Assembly (NCBI GenBank): GCA_039182715.1
Contig: JBCDBY010000001.1
Location: 1 to 50,475, forward strand
DNA: 50,475 nt
Direction: 5' to 3'
Source of the DNA: Planctomycetota bacterium
GTDB lineage: Bacteria > Planctomycetota > PLA2
Part shown: positions 15,322 through 22,861 of the stretch, piece after piece
Position numbering within the stretch: the stretch's first letter is position 1
How the letters are laid out: every line of letters starts with the position of its first letter
The notes under the pieces: generated by a model
Seen by the model: only the letters and a program-made list of their open reading frames with translations
Database searches by the model: none
What the model was told of the DNA's origin: nothing
Made by a program: the position numbers and the translations under genes

Positions 15322-16246
15322 GGTCGCCGGCCTCGAGGGCCATCCGATGCTCGCGTGGCTCGAACTGCCGAGCGGCGTCGAGCTGGTCGAAGGCGACGCG
15401 GAGCTTCTGGTGCGCGGCGTGGCGGAGGAGGCCGAGCTCGACGAGCGGCCGTCGCTGCGCGCCGTGATCATCCCCTGGGCCGGCGTGCCGGCGCGCACGC
15501 GCGAACGGGTGGCGGCGAGGCCGCCGATGGCGTTGCACAACCTGCACCACAACGCCGCCCCGACCGCCGAAACGGCGATGGCGCTGCTGCTCGCGGCCGC
15601 GAAGCGCGTGGTGCCGTTCGATCGCACGCTGCGCGGCGGAGACTGGTCGATGCGCTACGAAACGTCGACCGACCCGCTGCTGGAGGGCGGTCGCGCACTC
15701 ATCCTCGGCTACGGCGCGATCGGCGAGCGACTGGCGCGCGCCTGTCTCGGCTTCGGCATGCAGGTGCGCGCCATTCGGCACGCGCCGCGCGGCGACGAGG
15801 CGGTCCCGTGCACGACCATGGACCGCCTCGACGAGGAACTCGACGGACTGACCGCGCTGCTCGTCGCGCTGCCGTGGACGCCGGAGACCGAAGGTCTGCT
15901 CGATGCCGATCGACTGGCGCGGCTGCCCGATGGCTGCTGCGTCGTCAACGTCGGTCGCGGCCCCATCATCGACGAGCGCGCGCTCTACGAGGAGCTCGCG
16001 AGCGGTCGCCTGCGGGCGGGGCTCGACGTCTGGTACCACTATCCGATGTCGGAGGAGGAGCGCGGCGACAAGCCGCCGTCGAAATTCGACTTCGGCGCGC
16101 TTGACACGGTGGTCATGAGCCCGCATCGCGCCGGGCACTGTCGCGACATCGACGCGCTGCGCGCGCGCGACCTGCAGGAGCTGCTCGCGGCGGCGGCGGA
16201 GGGCCGGCCGATGCCGGGCCGCGTGAGCCTGGAGCGGGGCTACTGA
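15311..16246 (+). CDS. D-isomer-specific 2-hydroxyacid dehydrogenase family protein
   Basis: NAD-binding LILGYGAIGERLARA, VVNVGRGPIIDERALYEEL, and catalytic His in MSPHRAGH. An alternative start (MLAWLEL) lies 36 nt downstream. Confidence 0.8.
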   Translation: MTIRVAGLEGHPMLAWLELPSGVELVEGDAELLVRGVAEEAELDERPSLRAVIIPWAGVPARTRERVAARPPMALHNLHHNAAPTAETAMALLLAAAKRVVPFDRTLRGGDWSMRYETSTDPLLEGGRALILGYGAIGERLARACLGFGMQVRAIRHAPRGDEAVPCTTMDRLDEELDGLTALLVALPWTPETEGLLDADRLARLPDGCCVVNVGRGPIIDERALYEELASGRLRAGLDVWYHYPMSEEERGDKPPSKFDFGALDTVVMSPHRAGHCRDIDALRARDLQELLAAAAEGRPMPGRVSLERGY

Positions 16247-16992
16247 TGGAGCTGCCGGCGGATCTGCGAACGCGGCTCGAAGGCCTGCGCAGCCTCGGCG
16301 TGATCACCGGCGCCGGGATCTCCGCGGAGTCCGGCATTCCCACCTATCGCGGCATCGGCGGCATCTACGCCGATCGCGCGCGCGGGGCGGAGATCGTGGA
16401 GTCGCTCTCCGGACCGACGCTGCAGACCGACCCGGAGCGGACCTGGAGGGCGATCGCCGACCTCGCGCAGCACGCCGGCCCGGCGCAGCCGAATGCCGGC
16501 CATCGCGCGCTGGTGGAGATCGAGTCGAAGCTCGATCGCTTCGTACTCCTCACGCAGAACGTGGACGGGCTGCACGGCGCGGCCGGCAGCGAAAACGTGA
16601 TTCCGGTGCATGGCTCGATCCACGTCGCGCGCTGCGATCACTGCGGGCACGAAGCGACGATCGATCCCGCCACGACGACGGCATCGCCGGCGTGCATGCG
16701 CTGCGGCGCGCCGATGCGCCCGGGCGTCGTTCTGTTCGGGGAGATGCTTCCGCACGACGTGGTCCGCCGCATGGACCGCGAGTTCGCGGTCAACCCGCCG
16801 GAAGCGCTACTGGTCGTCGGCACAAGCGCGCTGTTCCCCTACATCGCGGGTCCGGTCCTGGAGGCGCGCCGCCACGGCCGGCTGACCATCGAGGTCAATC
16901 CCGGCCGCACCGACCTGTCCGACGTCGTCGAATACCACCTCGAGGGCGGCGCGGGTACCTACCTGCCGCTCATCGCGCAGGCGTTGCGATGA
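16246..16992 (+). CDS. cobB: NAD-dependent protein deacylase (Sir2 family, CobB)
   Basis: GAGISAESGIPTYRG, LLTQNVDGLH, Zn-ribbon cysteines CDHCGH...CMRCG, and RPGVVLFGE. TGATG junction with the upstream dehydrogenase. Confidence 0.88.
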   Translation: MELPADLRTRLEGLRSLGVITGAGISAESGIPTYRGIGGIYADRARGAEIVESLSGPTLQTDPERTWRAIADLAQHAGPAQPNAGHRALVEIESKLDRFVLLTQNVDGLHGAAGSENVIPVHGSIHVARCDHCGHEATIDPATTTASPACMRCGAPMRPGVVLFGEMLPHDVVRRMDREFAVNPPEALLVVGTSALFPYIAGPVLEARRHGRLTIEVNPGRTDLSDVVEYHLEGGAGTYLPLIAQALR

Positions 16993-19240
16993 CCTGCCAC
17001 GCGTGGTCGAACCAGCCGGCGGCGCGCACGCCGGCATCGCCCTTGGCGAGCACGTCGGCGCCGAAGAGCGTGTAGTCGGGCAGGCCCACGCCCGCGGAGA
17101 AGTAGGAGACGGCGGTCGTCGCGCGGCCGCCGGCCAGTCCGGTCCAGCCCACGACGCCGACCAGCGCGTCGGTTTCACCACGACGCGGATAGACGAAGAA
17201 GCAGCCGAGATCGTCGCCCTGCATCACGCGCGCACCGAGCTTCGCTTCGCCCTGCCGCAGTTGGATCGGACAGGCGTCCGGCACGACGGCGGACCAGGCG
17301 CGGTTCGACTCGGCGTTGCCGTACAGGATCACGTTGCGGCCGCGATAGTCGCCCTGCGCGAACTCCCGGTCGGAGAGCACCGCGCAGTCGCCGTTGCCGT
17401 AGTACCACCAGCGTTGCGCGTCGAGCAGCGCACGGGCGCGGCCGAACCTGTCGCTGTCGCCATAGACGAGGACGAACCGGCGGTCGAAGGCGCGCTTGAA
17501 GGGGCCGCAGCGGTCGGGCCGCTTCTGCGCGGGTGCCGGCGTCGCGACACTCCAGCCGGACGGCGAGCGCACGAACTCCGCCGGGCTCTCGGTCACGAGC
17601 TTCGTGCCGTCGATGTCGAGCTGGCCGAAGACGTCCGTGCGGAACCGACGCACGTTGCGCGTCTCGATCCTGGCGCCACCCGAGCGGCGGTCGCCCTTCA
17701 TCCAGCCCAACTCGCCGTAGTTCGCAGGCTGCAGGTAGGTGAGCCAGAAGTGGTCGGCGTCGATGCCCGGATCGGCGCTCAGGAACTCGATCGAATCCGG
17801 ATCGCCGCGCGCACCGCTCTCCGCGAACATCGAGAAGATGCCGGGCCAATCGACGCAGTCGACACCCTTCGAGGCGGAGCCGTTGTACCAGTGGCCTTTG
17901 CCCGGCTCGAGGTGCATGCGCGGGTTGCCGCCCGCCTTGCGGATGAGCTCCTCCATGCGCCGCGCCTCGGTCACCGGCACGGTGCGATCATCCTCGCCGT
18001 GCAGGATGAACACGTCCTGCTGCGCGAGGTTGGGGATCAGCGTGCGCGTCTCGCCGGCGAGGTCGGCGCCACGCCAGATCTTCTCCCACGCGCCGTCCCG
18101 CGCGCCGCGCCCGTAGGTATCGAAGCTTTCCCATGCGGCGCAGGGAGCAACGCCGGACCAGCGGTCGGGGTCGTTGGCGCCGAGATGCCACGCGCCGTGT
18201 CCGCCCATGCTGTGGCCGGTGAGATGGACGCGGCCGTCGACCGACGCGAACGTGCGCTGCGCATGCGCGAGCACCTCGTAGGCGTCGGTGCGCCCCCAGT
18301 CCTGCCAGTCGAACCCGAACGGGCGGCGATTGGTCGGCGCGACGATCCAGAGGCCGTCCCGGTTGGCGTAGCAGTTCGCCTGGCCGCGTCCCTGCACGCC
18401 GGCGCCGTGGAGCGTGAGCACGACACCGGGACCGGCGTCGCCCGTCGGCTCACGCAGGCCGTAGCGCTGCACGGAGCCGTCCATCGCCGAGAGGAACGTG
18501 ACCCAGCGTGCCGCCTTGGGCTCGCGCGCATCGATGCGAAAGGTGCCGCGCAGACCGAGCGACGGTTCGAGTTCGATCGTGCGCCGGCCCTTCGCATCGA
18601 CGGCGGGATGGCGGACCCGGACCGGCAGGCGCCGCACGCCCATCGAGGGCACGCCGTGCAGCGTGCGCGCACCGGTGTTGGCGACGACGACGGACGCCTC
18701 CGCGTCGAGCGCGCGGCCGACGACGAGGTCGGGCATCGTCGCGTCGCGCGTGGAGAGGTGCGCGCCGGGGGCGAGCTCGGTGATGTCGAGCTTCGCCCCA
18801 CCGCGCGCGCCACGCACGAAGACATGGTTGATGCCCTTGCGCAGGCGCACCGGCACACCGTCGACGCCGTAGCGATAGACGTCGCCGACGTGAAGCGCGC
18901 CGTTGACCACGAGCAGGGCGCTGCCGCGCGCCGCGACCAGCGCGACCTGGTCGCGATCGCTCTTCACGATGGTGTAGGCCCACGCGAAGCGGCCGCGCAG
19001 GACGCCCTTCTCGTCGACCTTCAGCCAGCGCCAGGCGCGCTTGCCGCGCGAGCCTTCGACCGTCTCCCCGACCTTGGGCGTGCGACCCGGCGTGAGGACG
19101 TAGGTGCGGAAGACCGCATCGGCGTTGAAGGGTCGGCGCCCGCGACGATCGGTCGGCGAGAGCACCAGCCATTCGGCCGGCACGGTGACCTCGGCGGCGG
19201 CGACGGAGGCGAGCAGAACAAGCGGCAGGAGGAAGCGCAT
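16970..19240 (-). CDS. Secreted alpha/beta-hydrolase (esterase / S9-like peptidase family) with long N- and C-terminal extensions
   Basis: Signal peptide MRFLLPLVLLASVAAAEV and nucleophile elbow HLTGHSMGGHGAWHLG. The 3' end overlaps cobB by 23 nt (convergent). Confidence 0.75.
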   Translation of the reverse strand: MRFLLPLVLLASVAAAEVTVPAEWLVLSPTDRRGRRPFNADAVFRTYVLTPGRTPKVGETVEGSRGKRAWRWLKVDEKGVLRGRFAWAYTIVKSDRDQVALVAARGSALLVVNGALHVGDVYRYGVDGVPVRLRKGINHVFVRGARGGAKLDITELAPGAHLSTRDATMPDLVVGRALDAEASVVVANTGARTLHGVPSMGVRRLPVRVRHPAVDAKGRRTIELEPSLGLRGTFRIDAREPKAARWVTFLSAMDGSVQRYGLREPTGDAGPGVVLTLHGAGVQGRGQANCYANRDGLWIVAPTNRRPFGFDWQDWGRTDAYEVLAHAQRTFASVDGRVHLTGHSMGGHGAWHLGANDPDRWSGVAPCAAWESFDTYGRGARDGAWEKIWRGADLAGETRTLIPNLAQQDVFILHGEDDRTVPVTEARRMEELIRKAGGNPRMHLEPGKGHWYNGSASKGVDCVDWPGIFSMFAESGARGDPDSIEFLSADPGIDADHFWLTYLQPANYGELGWMKGDRRSGGARIETRNVRRFRTDVFGQLDIDGTKLVTESPAEFVRSPSGWSVATPAPAQKRPDRCGPFKRAFDRRFVLVYGDSDRFGRARALLDAQRWWYYGNGDCAVLSDREFAQGDYRGRNVILYGNAESNRAWSAVVPDACPIQLRQGEAKLGARVMQGDDLGCFFVYPRRGETDALVGVVGWTGLAGGRATTAVSYFSAGVGLPDYTLFGADVLAKGDAGVRAAGWFDHAWQVIATPAR

Positions 19241-19251
19241 GGGCGGCCTAA

Positions 19252-19278
19252 TCTAAACCATCGTGCGCCACGTTTAGA
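19252..19278. promoter_or_regulatory. 7-bp inverted repeat in the 43-bp divergent intergenic region of the two esterase genes
   Basis: TCTAAAC-N13-GTTTAGA. Each arm carries a -10-like hexamer facing outward: TAGATT lies 9 nt before the minus-strand ATG, and TAGACT lies 3 nt before ATG 19284 (6 nt before the following GTG). Confidence 0.4.
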
Positions 19279-19283
19279 CTGGC

Positions 19284-20570
19284 ATGGTGCGCGCGCTGCT
19301 GTCCCTCCTGCTCCTCGTCGGATCGGCCTCCGCGAACACGCCCGATCTCGCGGCGCTCGTCGACGCGCCCACGCCGAAACACCGCGAGAAAAGGGCGAAA
19401 TCGATGTCTCACTTCCCACTCGCCCGGGTGCTGGAAGCGGCGCGAGAATTCCGGCCGGGGGAGCCGCTGGCGAAGGGTTCGCACCAGGCCGACCTGATGG
19501 TGAACGGCAGGGAGGTGCGCACGTCGATCTACGTCTGGTACGGACCGCGACACGACCACGAGACGCCGGCGCCCGCGATTTTTTACCACCACGGAGCGGG
19601 GGGGCGGCCCGAAGAGGCGTTCCATCTCTGGCAGGAGCATGCCCGAGTCGTCGGTGCGATTCTCGTCGCGCCAACGAGCCGGGCAGGCGGAGAGCATGGA
19701 TACAGCTTCGCGGCGTGGGAGCGCGCGGACATCCTCGCCGCGCTTCGCTGGGCGCGCCGCCGGTTCAACATCGACGAGAATCGCATCCACCTGACCGGCG
19801 TCAGCCGGGGCGGCCATCTCGTCTGGGACGTCGGGGGGAGGCACCCGGATCGGTGGGCCTCTCTCTCTCCCATGATCGGGGGGCCGCGCTGGCTCCCGCA
19901 GGGCGGCACCCAGAACCTGCGCTACCTCGAAAACATCGCCCATCTGCCCATTCGCGATCTTCAGGGCGGGAAAGACCAGCCGGCGCTGCTCGTCAACCTT
20001 CGCTACGCGTTCTGGAAACTGGATTCTTTCAAGGCTCCCGACGCGAAGTTCATCACCTTTCCCGATCTCGGCCATAGCTACCGCATGGAGGCGGTCGACT
20101 GGCCCGTGTTCCTGCGGGGGGCGAAGCGTGACGCGACGCCCCTGCGCGTGGTGCGATGCAGCGCCAGCCTTGAGGCCCAGCAGGGTCGCTCCTACTGGGT
20201 CGAGATCCTGGCGGTCAAGAACAAGGCGAAGGAAGCGTTTCAGCCGCGCGTCGAGGCGAGAGTGTGGGGATCTCTGGACGCGATCGCCCAGCGCGCACAC
20301 ATGGGCGCGCTCGTAGAGGAACGCACCGCGCGCCTCGAAGCCGTGCGCAAGGGCAAAGGAGCCATCGAGGTCCGGACCCGCCACGTCAAGCGGTTCCGAC
20401 TACTCTTGAGCGAAGAAATGTTCGAGCCGGGCAAGCCGATTGCCGTCACCTGGAACGGGCGCGCGCGCAAGGTCACGCCGAAGCGGCGTTCGTCCGTCCT
20501 GCTCAAGGAATTTGCGGAGCGCTTCGATCGGACGTTCCTGCCCGTCGCCGAGATCAGAGTCCCCAACTAG
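19284..20570 (+). CDS. Secreted alpha/beta-hydrolase (esterase family), paralogous catalytic core to 16970..19240
   Basis: Signal peptide MVRALLSLLLLVGSASA. FYHHGAGGRPEE...IHLTGVSRGGHLVWDVGGRHPDRWASLSPM (GxSxG) parallels HLTGHSMGGHGAWHLGANDPDRWSGVAPC in the divergent neighbour. Confidence 0.75.
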   Translation: MVRALLSLLLLVGSASANTPDLAALVDAPTPKHREKRAKSMSHFPLARVLEAAREFRPGEPLAKGSHQADLMVNGREVRTSIYVWYGPRHDHETPAPAIFYHHGAGGRPEEAFHLWQEHARVVGAILVAPTSRAGGEHGYSFAAWERADILAALRWARRRFNIDENRIHLTGVSRGGHLVWDVGGRHPDRWASLSPMIGGPRWLPQGGTQNLRYLENIAHLPIRDLQGGKDQPALLVNLRYAFWKLDSFKAPDAKFITFPDLGHSYRMEAVDWPVFLRGAKRDATPLRVVRCSASLEAQQGRSYWVEILAVKNKAKEAFQPRVEARVWGSLDAIAQRAHMGALVEERTARLEAVRKGKGAIEVRTRHVKRFRLLLSEEMFEPGKPIAVTWNGRARKVTPKRRSSVLLKEFAERFDRTFLPVAEIRVPN

Positions 20571-21349
20571 AACCGGCGCATCACCGCGTCGTGAACAAGG
20601 CCGTTGGTCGAGATGCCGGAGCGGCCGTGGTGCGTGGCGCGGCCGTCGCGATCGGTGAAGCGGCCGCCCGCCTCCTCGATGCAGACCTGCAGGGGCGCGG
20701 CATCCCAGATCTCCAGGATCGGATCGATCGCCGCCTCCGCACGGCCGGTCGCCACCAGCAGATGGGCGTAGCAGTCGCCCCAGCCACGCATCTGCCGGAA
20801 CGCGGAACTGAACTCGAGGAAGAGCGCCGGACGCTCGATGCGCGCGAACCCGCCCGCCGACGTCATGCAAACCAGGCCGGCCTCGGGCGTGGCGACCGTC
20901 GAGACGCGCGCCGGGCGCGCACGTTCCGCGTCGGTGCCGATTCCGGTTACCCAGGTTGCACCGTCGCCCCGCCGCGCGTGCACCTCCTCGCCGAGCGCCG
21001 GCATGTGGATGACACCCACGTCGACGACGCCATTCACCTCGAAGCCGACGAGCACGCCGTACAGCGGGACGCCCCTCTCGAACGACTTCGTCCCGTCCAC
21101 GGGATCGAGAATCCAGCGGCGGCCATTCGTCGATTCCTTGACGCCGTACTCTTCACCCACGACGCCGTCTTCCGGGTAGCGCTCCTCGATGCGCGCGCGC
21201 AGCAGCTTCTCCGCGGCGCGATCGGCCGCGGTGACCGGCGTCTCGTTCTCCTTCTGTTCCACCTGCAGGTCATCACGACCGAAGTATTCGAGGGTGCAGC
21301 GACCCGCGGCACGGGCGATCTCGACGGCGAAGGCGCGCTCTTCCGACAT
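20567..21349 (-). CDS. Inositol monophosphatase family protein (SuhB/HisN-like)
   Basis: RRWILDPVDGTKSFERG, GWGDCYAHLLVATGRAEAAID, EIWDAAP. ATG at 21349 (MSEERAFAVEIARAAG). The track ORF's extension to 21736 is an Arg-rich shadow of the neighbouring gene. Confidence 0.85.
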   Translation of the reverse strand: MSEERAFAVEIARAAGRCTLEYFGRDDLQVEQKENETPVTAADRAAEKLLRARIEERYPEDGVVGEEYGVKESTNGRRWILDPVDGTKSFERGVPLYGVLVGFEVNGVVDVGVIHMPALGEEVHARRGDGATWVTGIGTDAERARPARVSTVATPEAGLVCMTSAGGFARIERPALFLEFSSAFRQMRGWGDCYAHLLVATGRAEAAIDPILEIWDAAPLQVCIEEAGGRFTDRDGRATHHGRSGISTNGLVHDAVMRRF

Positions 21350-21363
21350 GCCCTCATCATGGA

Positions 21364-22839
21364 TCAGCGGGCACGTAGTTCGAAGCGAAGATGCGGGGTG
21401 GCGGCCACCATTTGTGCCTCCTTCACGAAGTCGAGCGGCCGGGTCCGACCGCTCTTGACGTGCACGAGCTCGCCCCGCACGTGAAATCCGTGCCAGCCGA
21501 ATCGCAGGCCGCGCACGATGACCTTCCGCGCACGCGCATGGCCGTGATGCAGTCGCTCGATCGGGGGGCGGGTGCGCACGCGACCGGTCCCGCGCCAAAG
21601 CCGGAACACAGCGACCGAGCCAGTGAAGAGGTGGCCGGGCGGCGCGTCGATACGCATGGTGGCGGGAAACCAGTCTCCCCGCGGTACGACCCCCGCGGCG
21701 CGCGGCACGTGTGCCAGTCCGTAGACCGGATGCCAAACGGTGAGGAAGGAGGACGGGGCCAGCACCAGCGGCACGTTCGCCTCGACGCGCGTCACCGCGC
21801 CGGGATGCGTCAGGCGAAGGTCAAGCAGCGCGCCCACGCTGGTCCGGTCGAGCCGCCCGGGGAGCACCACACTCCCCTCCGGCGCCGGGCGATCGCCAAG
21901 AACCGGCACGCCGGCGAGTGCGACGGGCGGCGCCACGCGCGAGAGATCGATCTGCCTCGCCCCGGCCGGCACGCGACGCAGAATCGTGCGCCCATCCCAG
22001 GTCGCGACGACAAAGCAGGACGCGGGCGGGGCGATCGGGAGAGGAACGCCATGGGCGATGCGCTCCGGTTTGCTCCAACCGGGACGACTCGCATCCCAGC
22101 GCCAGACATCGACGCGCTCCGGCGGACCCGGCGGTGTTGCACCGAAGTCGGGGAGCAGGTCGAAGGTTCGGTGCGGGAGATGCCGATTCGGCCTGTCGAG
22201 GAGAAGGACGGGGCGCCAGGGCTGCTCGCGATGGAACGTCGCGCGCTCCTGCGTTGTGGAAAGCACGAGTGCGCGCGGCCAGATCGTGTGACCTTCCGCC
22301 CGCACGGTGCAGTCGATCCTCAGGCCGCGGGGGAGCGTGACCTCGGCGCGCGCCCCCCGCAGGTCGAGCTGGAGGTGGTCTCCCAGCACATGTCGGCGCT
22401 CCGCCTTCTCCGCGCTTTCGAGGTAGATCTCCAGACGGGAGTGGAAGTCCTCCTCTTCCACCCCCTGGAGAACGATCGTGACTTTTCTGGAAGCGGGGCG
22501 AAGGGTCACGTCGACCGACTTCTGCCCCTCCGTGCAGGTCACCCGCGCGACGTCGTAGCCGCGCCGGTAGACGAGCAACCGGTCGCCGGCCCGAACCCGC
22601 AGCGCGCCTTTGGGGCGCGGGGCGGTGAAGCGGGCGGCGACGGAGCCGTCGGCGGCGCGGAGCAGCACGCAGCGCGCGTCCCGGAGGAGCCCACCCTCGT
22701 CCGAAGCAGAGACCGTCACCGTGAAGGGAGATGTAACCCGCTCCGGGGGTATGGCATGGGCAACGGCCGCGAACCCGCAGACAAGCAGGCACGCGCAAAG
22801 AACGAAAACGGGGAGAGGCGACAACGGATGACTGCACAT
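21364..22839 (-). CDS. Secreted hypothetical protein (X3)
   Basis: Signal peptide MCSHPLSPLPVFVLCACLLVCGFAAVAHA. Normal coding-like composition. No recognisable domain. It lies 22 nt downstream of X2 and 14 nt upstream of the IMPase gene on the same strand. Confidence 0.6.
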   Translation of the reverse strand: MCSHPLSPLPVFVLCACLLVCGFAAVAHAIPPERVTSPFTVTVSASDEGGLLRDARCVLLRAADGSVAARFTAPRPKGALRVRAGDRLLVYRRGYDVARVTCTEGQKSVDVTLRPASRKVTIVLQGVEEEDFHSRLEIYLESAEKAERRHVLGDHLQLDLRGARAEVTLPRGLRIDCTVRAEGHTIWPRALVLSTTQERATFHREQPWRPVLLLDRPNRHLPHRTFDLLPDFGATPPGPPERVDVWRWDASRPGWSKPERIAHGVPLPIAPPASCFVVATWDGRTILRRVPAGARQIDLSRVAPPVALAGVPVLGDRPAPEGSVVLPGRLDRTSVGALLDLRLTHPGAVTRVEANVPLVLAPSSFLTVWHPVYGLAHVPRAAGVVPRGDWFPATMRIDAPPGHLFTGSVAVFRLWRGTGRVRTRPPIERLHHGHARARKVIVRGLRFGWHGFHVRGELVHVKSGRTRPLDFVKEAQMVAATPHLRFELRAR

Positions 22840-22861
22840 GACTTGAAATGGACGCGGGGGA

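Noticed and set aside
16246-16992. Sir2-domain protein as a possible Thoeris/DSR-type anti-phage effector.
   Set aside because: It is a compact (248 aa) canonical sirtuin with the Zn-ribbon cysteines and deacylase motifs (GAGISAESGIP, QNVDGLH). It has no TIR, SLOG or other partner gene and sits in a metabolic LysR/dehydrogenase operon. This is housekeeping CobB.
17003-20077. 1024-aa plus-strand ORF spanning both esterase genes. Similar very long ORFs occur at 44062..46545(-), 6321..8072(-), 4018..5526(-), 35859..37439(-), 440..2593(+), 27185..28297(-) and 31279..33036(-).
   Set aside because: All are antisense or off-frame to genes with clear family motifs. Their translations are dominated by Arg/Ala/Gly/Pro/Asp/His runs with no signal peptides, motifs or hydrophobic cores. 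This is the typical stop-codon-poor shadow frame of a very GC-rich genome.
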